From a virus (taxonomy: Duplodnaviria; Heunggongvirae; Uroviricota; Caudoviricetes): a stretch of 8,921 nucleotides of DNA. The notes beneath the pieces were generated by a model. That model worked only from the letters and a program-made list of their open reading frames with translations, was not told the DNA's origin and ran no database searches. The translations under genes and the position numbers were made by a program. Shown one piece after another: positions 1-7,304 of this stretch (within the stretch, counting starts at the first letter, position 1; the number at the start of each line of letters is the position of its first letter). The stretch lies in the IMG/VR virus record IMGVR_UViG_2671180636_000006. The stretch is one strand, 5' to 3'.

Positions 1-33
<33 letters not shown>

Positions 34-67
34 GCGAGATTTGAGACGAAGGTTGTTATTTGCACTG

Positions 68-81
68 ACACAATATTGTGT
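68..81. repeat. 14-bp perfect palindrome ACACAATATTGTGT, candidate protein-binding site
   Basis: The sequence equals its own reverse complement and has an AT-rich centre; it lies 35 bp downstream of the tRNA 3' end. Function unknown. Confidence 0.4.
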
Positions 82-151
82 GGGAATGTCTGACTCCTTA
101 CCATCTCCTGTTCTGTGATGTTGTTTTGTTGCAGTTCCAGTGCTCTTTTTT

Positions 152-232
152 CAGCACCAGAATGGTGCATTGTCGGTCAGGTTACGTAGTGAACCTCTGG
201 CAGGGGACTGATAATGCATCATTCTGGTGTTG
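152..232 (+). other. Long imperfect inverted repeat, predicted ~27-bp RNA hairpin with an internal stem-loop; candidate structured RNA or regulatory element
   Basis: Arms 152-178 and 206-232 pair at all 27 positions if G-T is allowed. The 4 non-Watson-Crick positions are all G/T on the + strand (G-U in + strand RNA, C/A on the other strand). The loop contains a nested hairpin AGGTT (179-183) / AACCT (192-196). Confidence 0.45.
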
Positions 233-480
233 TAAATATCTCTTCGGACAACTTACAAAATATTCTAAGCAAACCCCGGGAACACACTCTTAACTGCCTT
301 GGCTGGCGGTTTTTTGTACAGCGCTCGGTATGTGTGAGCTGGAAATCAGATTTTGCATGGACTGGAATCATGCTGTTATTTAGGGGCGAAGAACTGGCTT
401 TTTCTTCCGCCTTCTCACCAGTAACGATTAGAAAAATAATGAAATGCCCCCCTCCGGGGAGGAGGACCGTAGAAAAAAGG

Positions 481-538
481 ACCCGCCAGCAAAAACATTG
501 GGGATGAACAGCTTTCGCTACTCAGATTGCTGGCGGGT
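481..538. repeat. 11-bp perfect inverted repeat (ACCCGCCAGCA / TGCTGGCGGGT) separated by 36 nt
   Basis: Arm 481-491 is the exact reverse complement of arm 528-538. GC-rich stem, no downstream T-run, so not a classical terminator. Confidence 0.4.
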
Positions 539-646
539 AAAGTTCCTCATGAATTAAGAATGCTACGCGATCTTTTTTAATGGAAATGAAAATTATTGTC
601 AATTAGTCGTGCGTGTTTTTTCATACAATATTGGTAAAGGTGATTC

Positions 647-682
647 AGGCCATCAGAGTTTTGCTGATGGCCTTTTTTCTTT
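647..682 (+). terminator. Rho-independent terminator immediately upstream of the holin gene
   Basis: 10-bp stem AGGCCATCAG (647-656) / CTGATGGCCT (664-673), 7-nt loop AGTTTTG, followed by TTTTTTCTTT (673-682). On the opposite strand the hairpin is not followed by a T-run, so it is + strand specific. Confidence 0.75.
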
Positions 683-713
683 CCGATAGCACAGGTCTGT
701 CGGGGGGCGGGAT

Positions 714-989
714 ATGTATCAGATGGAAAAAATATCAACAGGCATTGCCTACGGCACCTCCGCCGGCAGTGCCGGCTACTGGTTTTTGCAGTGGTTGGAT
801 CAGGTCAGTCCATCACAGTGGGCTGCGATTGGTGTGCTGGGAAGTCTGCTTCTGGGGCTTCTGACTTATCTGACGAATCTGTATTTCAAAATAAGAGAAG
901 ATAAGCGTAAGTGGATTTGCCCCTATATTTCTCGCCATCATTACGCAAGGCTGTTGCAGTTGCTATTGGTGGCGGGGCTGTTGCTATAG
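714..989 (+). CDS. S: Class II holin / pinholin, phage 21 S-like, with a C-terminal extension relative to the ~71-aa form as I recall it
   Basis: [69 protein letters not shown]... closely resembles the phage 21 S pinholin as recalled. Two TM segments, dual start Met1/Met4, purine-rich SD (GGGGGCGGGA) before ATG 714. Stop TAG 987-989. Confidence 0.85.
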   Translation: MYQMEKISTGIAYGTSAGSAGYWFLQWLDQVSPSQWAAIGVLGSLLLGLLTYLTNLYFKIREDKRKWICPYISRHHYARLLQLLLVAGLLL

Positions 990-1426
990 CATCTGTGTTA
1001 ATCACTGGCCCAGGTGGTAACGATGGTCTGGAAGGTGTCAGCTACATACTATACAAAGATATCATTGGTGTATGGACTGTATGTCACGGACACACCGGAA
1101 AAGACATCATGCTCGGTAAAACGTATACCGAAGCAGAATGCAAAGCCCTCCTGAATAAAGACCTTGCCACTGTCGCCAGACAAATTAACCCGTACATCAA
1201 AGTCGATATACCGGAAACAACGCGCGGCGCTCTTTACTCGTTCGTTTACAACGTGGGCGCTGGCAATTTCAGAACATCGACGCTTCTTCGCAAAATAAAC
1301 CAGGGCGATATCAAAGGCGCATGTGACCAGCTACGTCGCTGGACATATGCTGGCGGTAAGCAATGGAAAGGGCTGATGACCCGTCGTGAGATTGAGCGTG
1401 AAGTCTGTTTGTGGGGGCAGCAATGA
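911..1426 (+). CDS. R: SAR endolysin (phage 21 R-like lysozyme, T4-lysozyme/GH24 type)
   Basis: Translation ...[78 protein letters not shown]...REVCLWGQQ matches phage 21 R / DLP12 RrrD as recalled: Gly/Ala-rich N-terminal signal-anchor-release TM, then an E...D...T catalytic region. The frame opens at GTG 911 directly after TAA 908-910 and has no in-frame ATG upstream of the conserved region, so the start is GTG 911 or TTG 917. Stop TGA 1424-1426. Confidence 0.85.
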   Translation: MDLPLYFSPSLRKAVAVAIGGGAVAIASVLITGPGGNDGLEGVSYILYKDIIGVWTVCHGHTGKDIMLGKTYTEAECKALLNKDLATVARQINPYIKVDIPETTRGALYSFVYNVGAGNFRTSTLLRKINQGDIKGACDQLRRWTYAGGKQWKGLMTRREIEREVCLWGQQ

Positions 1427-1752
1427 GCAGAGTCACCGCGATTATCTCCGCTCTGGTTATCTGCATCATCGTCCGCCTGTCATGGGCTGTTAATCATTAC
1501 CGTGATAACGCCATTACCTACAAAGAGCAGCGCGACAAAAACGCAAGAGAACTGAAGCTGGCGAACGCAACCATTACTGACATGCAGCAGNATGCACTCG
1601 ATGCTAAATACACGAAGGAGTTAGCTGATGCGAAAGCTGAAAATGATGCTCTTCGGCGCAAGCTTGATAATGGTGGTCGGGTGCTCGTCAAAGGAAAATG
1701 CCCTGTGCCATCCTCAGCCGAAACCTCCAGCGCCTCCGGCATGGGCAATGAT
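1423..1752 (+). CDS. Rz: Rz i-spanin (inner-membrane spanin subunit), 3' end masked
   Basis: ATG 1423 overlaps the endolysin stop (ATGA). [81 protein letters not shown]... is strongly similar to lambda Rz as recalled: N-terminal TM then a coiled-coil region. Runs into the N mask at 1753; contains one ambiguous base at 1591. Confidence 0.85.
1628..1752 (+). CDS. Rz1: Rz1 o-spanin (outer-membrane lipoprotein) embedded in the +1 frame of Rz, 3' end masked
   Basis: ATG 1628 preceded by AAGGAG at 8-nt spacing. [41 protein letters not shown]... has a signal peptide with lipobox (VVGC) followed by a Pro-rich segment ending PPAWAM, like lambda Rz1. Lies entirely inside Rz in a different frame. Confidence 0.8.
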
Positions 1753-2744
1753 NNNNNNNNNNNNNNNNNNNNNNNNNNNNNNNNNNNNNNNNNNNNNNNN
1801 NNNNNNNNNNNNNNNNNNNNNNNNNNNNNNNNNNNNNNNNNNNNNNNNNNNNNNNNNNNNNNNNNNNNNNNNNNNNNNNNNNNNNNNNNNNNNNNNNNNN
1901 NNNNNNNNNNNNNNNNNNNNNNNNNNNNNNNNNNNNNNNNNNNNNNNNNNNNNNNNNNNNNNNNNNNNNNNNNNNNNNNNNNNNNNNNNNNNNNNNNNNN
2001 NNNNNNNNNNNNNNNNNNNNNNNNNNNNNNNNNNNNNNNNNNNNNNNNNNNNNNNNNNNNNNNNNNNNNNNNNNNNNNNNNNNNNNNNNNNNNNNNNNNN
2101 NNNNNNNNNNNNNNNNNNNNNNNNNNNNNNNNNNNNNNNNNNNNNNNNNNNNNNNNNNNNNNNNNNNNNNNNNNNNNNNNNNNNNNNNNNNNNNNNNNNN
2201 NNNNNNNNNNNNNNNNNNNNNNNNNNNNNNNNNNNNNNNNNNNNNNNNNNNNNNNNNNNNNNNNNNNNNNNNNNNNNNNNNNNTGAGNNNNNNNNNNNNN
2301 NNNNNNNNNNNNNNNNNNNNNNNNNNNNNNNNNNNNNNNNNNNNNNNNNNNNNNNNNNNNNNNNNNNNNNNNNNNNNNNNNNNNNNNNNNNNNNNNNNNN
2401 NNNNNNNNNNNNNNNNNNNNNNNNNNNNNNNNNNNNNNNNNNNNNNNNNNNNNNNNNNNNNNNNNNNNNNNNNNNNNNNNNNNNNNNNNNNNNNNNNNNN
2501 NNNNNNNNNNNNNNNNNNNNNNNNNNNNNNNNNNNNNNNNNNNNNNNNNNNNNNNNNNNNNNNNNNNNNNNNNNNNNNNNNNNNNNNNNNNNNNNNNNNN
2601 NNTTTAGGCTTAAACACCTTACATTTACAAGGTACTCCTGTGGGGGGCCCTGCCACGGAGCGTCGCAGGAGTGAGTGATGAGGAAGAATTAAAGCAACCT
2701 ATTGTGACAGGCAGCGATAACAGTAAATCACAGGAAGCATAATC

Positions 2745-3509
2745 ATGGCAAAACCGGACTGGGAGGCCATCGAATCGGCATACCGGGCCGGAGTCCTTAG
2801 CCTCCGTGATATAGGCGAGAAATACGGCGTTACAGAAGGGGCTATCAGGAAGAGGGCCAAAAAGCTTGGTTGGGCACGCAGTGGCGGTACGCAGGTTTGC
2901 AAAAATGGTACGCAAAAAAGGAAAGTGCGTACCAGCAGAAAGCCTGCCATTACTGGCCTTACACAAAAAAGTACGCAACTAAAAACAGAATCTACACCGG
3001 ATACGAAACCGATACGCGGAATGCGTACCGATCCCCCGACTAACCCATTCCAACCCGGTAACCAGCAGGCATTAAAACACGGTGGTTATGCCCGTCGCCT
3101 TCTGCTCAAAGATGAGGTGATAGAGGACGCTAAAGCGTTGACGCTCGAGGACGAATTATTTCGCCTTCGTGCTAACAACCTTGTCGCTGCAGAGAATATT
3201 GGTCGGTGGTTGGTGTCGCTGGAAGATGCTAATGGGGACCAGGAAAGGAAGATGCTGATTGAAAATATCAGCGCCGCCGAGAAAGCAATGATGCGCAATA
3301 CAGTTCGTATTGAGTCCATCGTTGGCACGCTTGCGACGGTAGGAAAAATATTTGCTGATACAGCCTACCGCAAGGCCGCCACTGATAAGGTGTCTCTGGA
3401 GGCTGATCGTCTTCGCCGTGATGCAGGTATTGATGATGGCAATGGAGAGCGTGACCTCAATGACTTCTACTCTGACATCCAAACCGACGCTGAATCCGGC
3501 TTTACGTAG
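2745..3509 (+). CDS. Terminase small subunit (N-terminal HTH DNA-binding type)
   Basis: Complete 254-aa ORF with SD AGGAAG 7 nt before the ATG. N-terminus MAKPDWEAIESAYRAGVLSLRDIGEKYGVTEGAIRKRAKKLGW is the helix-turn-helix signature recalled from terminase small subunits that precede PBSX-type large terminases in enterobacterial prophages. Position directly upstream of the large terminase. Stop TAG 3507-3509. Confidence 0.75.
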   Translation: MAKPDWEAIESAYRAGVLSLRDIGEKYGVTEGAIRKRAKKLGWARSGGTQVCKNGTQKRKVRTSRKPAITGLTQKSTQLKTESTPDTKPIRGMRTDPPTNPFQPGNQQALKHGGYARRLLLKDEVIEDAKALTLEDELFRLRANNLVAAENIGRWLVSLEDANGDQERKMLIENISAAEKAMMRNTVRIESIVGTLATVGKIFADTAYRKAATDKVSLEADRLRRDAGIDDGNGERDLNDFYSDIQTDAESGFT

Positions 3510-5000
3510 TTTCTGGACTATGCGGGCACGTAACAAAGTGCTTTATGGTGGTCGGTCATCGTCAAAATCATGGGATGCCGCTGGCATTGCCATATTTCTG
3601 TCGAATAAATACACCCTGCGTTTTTGTTGTGCCCGTCAGATCCAGAATAAAATCGAAGAGTCGGTGTATACCCTGCTCAAAATTCAGATAGACAGGTTTG
3701 GTCTGCGGCACCGTTTCCGTATTCTGAACAACAAAATCATTAACCGGGTTACTGGCTCGGAATTTGTTTTTTATGGATTANNNNNNNNNNNNNNNNNNNN
3801 NNNNNNNNNNNNNNNNNNNNNNNNNNNNNNNNNNNNNNNNNNNNNNNNNNNNNNNNNNNNNNNNNNNNNNNNNNNNNNNNNNNNNNNNNNNNNNNNNNNN
3901 NNNNNNNNNNNNNNNNNNNNNNNNNNNNNNNNNNNNNNNNNNNNNNNNNNNNNNNNNNNNNNNNNNNNNNNNNNNNNNNNNNNNNNNNNNNNNNNNNNNN
4001 NNNNNNNNNNNNNNNNNNNNNNNNNNNNNNNNNNNNNNNNNNNNNNNNNNNNNNNNNNNNNNNNNNNNNNNNNNNNNNNNNNNNNNTAAGGTTATCGACG
4101 CGGCGCGACGCCGTGATCCGGATGGTTTTAAACATGTGTATGNNNNNNNNNNNNNNNNNNNNNNNNNNNNNNNNNNNNNNNNNNNNNNNNNNNNNNNNNN
4201 NNNNNNNNNNNNNNNNNNNNNNNNNNNNNNNNNNNNNNNNNNNNNNNNNNNNNNNNNNNNNNNNNNNNNNNNNNNNNNNNNNNNNNNNNNNNNNNNNNNN
4301 NNNNNNNNNNNNNNNNNNNNNNNNNNNNNNNNNNNNNNNNNNNNNNNNNNNNNNNNNNNNNNNNNNNNNNNNNNNNNNNNNNNNNNNNNNNNNNNNNNNN
4401 NNNNNNNNNNNNNNNNNNNNNNNNNNNNNNNNNNNNNNNNNNNNNNNNNNNNNNNNNNNNNNNNNNNNNNNNNNNNNNNNNNNNNNNNNNNNNNNNNNNN
4501 NNNNNNNNNNNNNNNNNNNNNNNNNNNNNNNNNNNNNNNNNNNNNNNNNNNNNNNNNNNNNNNNNNNNNNNNNNNNNNNNNNNNNNNNNNNNNNNNNNNN
4601 NNNNNNNNNNNNNNNNNNNNNNNNNNNNNNNNNNNNNNNNNNNNNNNNNNNNNNNNNNNNNNNNNNNNNNNNNNNNNNNNNNNNNNNNNNNNNNNNNNNN
4701 NNNNNNNNNNNNNNNNNNNNNNNNNNNNNNNNGTTTAACGCCATTAACAACGGAGAACAGTATCCTGTGGATGAGCTGATCAGCATAGATTCTCGTTGTC
4801 CGTTGCTTGAAAAGCTGAAACTGGAACTGACAACACCTCATCGTGATTTCGACCGTAACGGACGTGTGATGGTCGAAAGTAAAAAAGACCTCGCAAAACG
4901 CGAGATACCGTCACCAAACGTTGCTGATGCATTCATTATGGCCTTCGCGCCAATCGATACATCGCTGGATATCTGGGAACAGCTGGGGAGACAGGCCTGA
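3460..5000 (+). CDS. Terminase large subunit (PBSX/Terminase_3-like ATPase-nuclease), interrupted by two N-masked runs; visible fragments are in three different frames
   Basis: N-terminal fragment MTSTLTSKPTLNPALRSFWTMRARNKVLYGGRSSSKSWDAAGIAIF... has a Walker-A-like motif (GGRSSSKS). Middle island 4088-4141 reads KVIDAARRRDPDGFKHVY. C-terminal fragment 4733-5000 ends ...NVADAFIMAFAPIDTSLDIWEQLGRQA with stop TGA 4998-5000. Start ATG 3460 (SD GGAGAG upstream) is tentative; ATG 3442 or 3520 are alternatives. Confidence 0.75.
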
Positions 5001-6101
5001 TGGCACGAAACAAACAAGCCCTGCGGCGAACTGTGCAGGCCACAGCTGATGGTTATGAGAATTTTATTGCCCGCGTAGGGATGCAGACACCTAACCAGCA
5101 CTCAGCATCCACCTACCGGGCTAATTTCACCAGTCGTAACCGCATGCTGGTGGAATGGTCCTATCGTTCATCCTAGATCATCGGCGAAGCAGTCGATGCT
5201 ATCCCGGATGATATGACCCGCAAAGGCATTCGCATCACTTCGGAAATTGATGCAAAAGATCGTGGCATTCTCGAATCACAACTGGATGAGTTGCAAATCT
5301 GGGATGCGCTGAATGACGTGCTGAAATGGTCGCGCCTCTACGGCGGCGCGGTGGGTTTCATCATGATTGAGGGGTAGGCACCAATGACCCCGCTGCGACC
5401 CGAAACCATCGGTAAGGGCAAGTTTAAGGGGATTCTCCCGCTCGACCGCTGGATGGTCGACCCGGCACTGACCCGCCGCATTAAAGATATGGGGCCGGAC
5501 CTGGGTAAACCTGAGTTTTACGATGTGGTGACCACAGCAACGGGAATTCCTGCCTGGCGCATTCATCACAGTCGCCTGATTCGCTTTGATGGCGTCACGT
5601 TGCCATTTCAGCAGAAGATGACCGAGAACGAATGGGGAATGTCGGTTGTAGAGCGTATCTGGGATCGTCTTACCGCGTTCGACAGCGCTACTGTCGGCGC
5701 GGCGCAGCTGGTCTACAAGGCGCATTTGCGTACCTACAGCGTGGAGAAGCTACGCGAGCTTATCGCACTTGGTGGTCCTGCGTATGAAGCGTTGCTGAAG
5801 AATATCGACCTGATTCGACAGTTCCAGAGTAATGAAGGCATGACGCTCATGGACTCGCGGGATAAGTTTGAAACCCATCAGTACAGCTTCAGTGGTCTGG
5901 ATGACATCCTTTCGCAGTTTGTAGAACAGATTAGTGGCGCTGTTGGTATCCCACTGGTGCGGTTGTTCGGACAGTCCCCGAAAGGATTTTCTACCGGTGA
6001 TGCAGACCTTGCCAACTATTACGATCGCATCAGTTCGTTGCAGGAGAGGCGTTTACGTCTTCCGGTGCGGCGGATACTGGACATCATGCATCGTTCGGAA
6101 C
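5000..6101 (+). CDS. Portal protein, 3' end masked; ORF is interrupted by two in-frame TAG codons (5174-5176, 5375-5377), so possibly a pseudogene, or the functional start is the ATG at 5384
   Basis: ATG 5000 overlaps the terminase stop (ATGA). The same frame yields MARNKQALRRTVQATADGYENFIARVGMQTPNQ...WSYRSS, then a stop, then IIGEAVDAIPDDMTRKGIRITSEID...GFIMIEG, then a stop, then APMTPLRPETIGKGKFKGILPLDRWMVDP...RRILDIMHRSE. Protein-like throughout, and in the position expected for a portal between terminase and the Mu-F-like gene. Family assignment is by gene order and general resemblance, not a verified alignment. Confidence 0.7.
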
Positions 6102-6771
6102 NNNNNNNNNNNNNNNNNNNNNNNNNNNNNNNNNNNNNNNNNNNNNNNNNNNNNNNNNNNNNNNNNNNNNNNNNNNNNNNNNNNNNNNNNNNNNNNNNNN
6201 NNNNNNNNNNNNNNNNNNNNNNNNNNNNNNNNNNNNNNNNNNNNNNNNNNNNNNNNNNNNNNNNNNNNNNNNNNNNNNNNNNNNNNNNNNNNNNNNNNNN
6301 NNNNNNNNNNNNNNNNNNNNNNNNNNNNNNNNNNNNNNNNNNNNNNNNNNNNNNNNNNNNNNNNNNNNNNNNNNNNNNNNNNNNNNNNNNNNNNNNNNNN
6401 NNNNNNNNNNNNNNNNNNNNNNNNNNNNNNNNNNNNNNNNNNNNNNNNNNNNNNNNNNNNNNNNNNNNNNNNNNNNNNNNNNNNNNNNNNNNNNNNNNNN
6501 NNNNNNNNNNNNNNNNNNNNNNNNNNNNNNNNNNNNNNNNNNNNNNNNNNNNNNNNNNNNNNNNNNNNNNNNNNNNNNNNNNNNNNNNNNNNNNNNNNNN
6601 NNNNNNNNNNNNNNNNNNNNNNNNNNNNNNNNNNNNNNNNNNNNNNNNNNNNNNNNNNNNNNNNNNNNNNNNNNNNNNNNNNNNNNNNNNNNNNNNNNNN
6701 NNNNNNNNNNNNNNNNNNNNNNNNNNNNNNNNNNNNNNNNNNNNNNNNNNNNNNNNNNNNNNNNNNNNNNN

Positions 6772-7256
6772 AAAGCGCTCCTGTGGGCCAGGTGATGCAA
6801 TCCATCATCGCCGAACAGGTCAAGTACATCAAATCTCTGCCTCTCGAGGCCGCAGACAGGGTGTANNNNNNNNNNNNNNNNNNNNNNNNNNNNNNNNNNN
6901 NNNNNNNNNNNNNNNNNNNNNNNNNNNNNNNNNNNNNNNNNNNNNNNNNNNNNNNNNNNNNNNNNNNNNNNNNNNNNNNNNNNNNNNNNNNNNNNNNNNN
7001 NNNNNNNNNNNNNNNNNNNNNNNNNNNNNNNNNNNNNNNNNNNNNNNNNNNNNNNNNNNNNNNNNNNNNNNNNNNNNNNNNNNNNNNNNNNNNNNNNNNN
7101 NNNNNNNNNNNNNNNNNNNNNNNNNNNNNNNNNNNNNNNNNNNNNNNNNNNNNNNNNGACGGCATGACCGGCCACGCGGGCGAGCTGCCAAACTGCCGCT
7201 GCTATAAAGAGATCGTGTTTGTTCGCGTTCCATTCGCAATGAAAAGGGCAGCATAA
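6772..7256 (+). CDS. Head morphogenesis protein, Mu F-like / SPP1 gp7 family; C-terminal part only, largely masked
   Basis: Frame-0 fragments SAPVGQVMQSIIAEQVKYIKSLPLEAADRV (6774-6863) and DGMTGHAGELPNCRCYKEIVFVRVPFAMKRAA (7158-7253) with stop TAA 7254-7256. The H..ELPNCRCY segment resembles the conserved C-terminal NCRC motif of Mu F-like head morphogenesis proteins as recalled. Both fragments are in the same frame given the exact N-run length. Confidence 0.6.
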
Positions 7257-7304
7257 CCCATNNNNNNNNNNNNNNNNNNNNNNNNNNNNNNNNNNNNNNN
7301 NNNN

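Noticed and set aside
78-507. Small + strand ORFs 78..293 and 214..507 in the leader
   Set aside because: Their translations are Cys/Trp/His-rich and not protein-like, the region is AT-rich and dense in inverted repeats, and ORF 78..293 runs straight through the long hairpin. Treated as non-coding, though ORF 214..507 does have a GGGGA SD-like element 6 nt upstream, so a small protein is not fully excluded.
596-629. Promoter-like hexamers TTGTCA (596-601) and TACAAT (624-629)
   Set aside because: The spacer is 22 bp, well outside the 16-19 bp range for sigma-70 promoters; no better -35 partner sits at the right distance from TACAAT.
2284-2287. Four unmasked bases (TGAG) isolated inside the 1753-2602 masked block
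   Set aside because: Too short to interpret; almost certainly a masking artefact rather than a biological signal.
2667-2689. Perfect SD (AGGAG) followed at 6 nt by ATG 2678 upstream of the small terminase
   Set aside because: The ORF is only 4 codons (MRKN-stop). The in-frame GTG 2671 alternative gives 23 codons but overlaps the SD itself. Most likely a chance motif or at most a tiny leader ORF; not called.
5174-5377. TAG reassigned as a sense codon (genetic-code recoding) to explain the portal stops
   Set aside because: TAG is used as an ordinary terminator elsewhere in the window (small terminase at 3507-3509, holin at 987-989) and the remaining genes look like standard enterobacterial phage genes. 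Code reassignment is therefore unlikely; local suppression or pseudogenisation are the better hypotheses.
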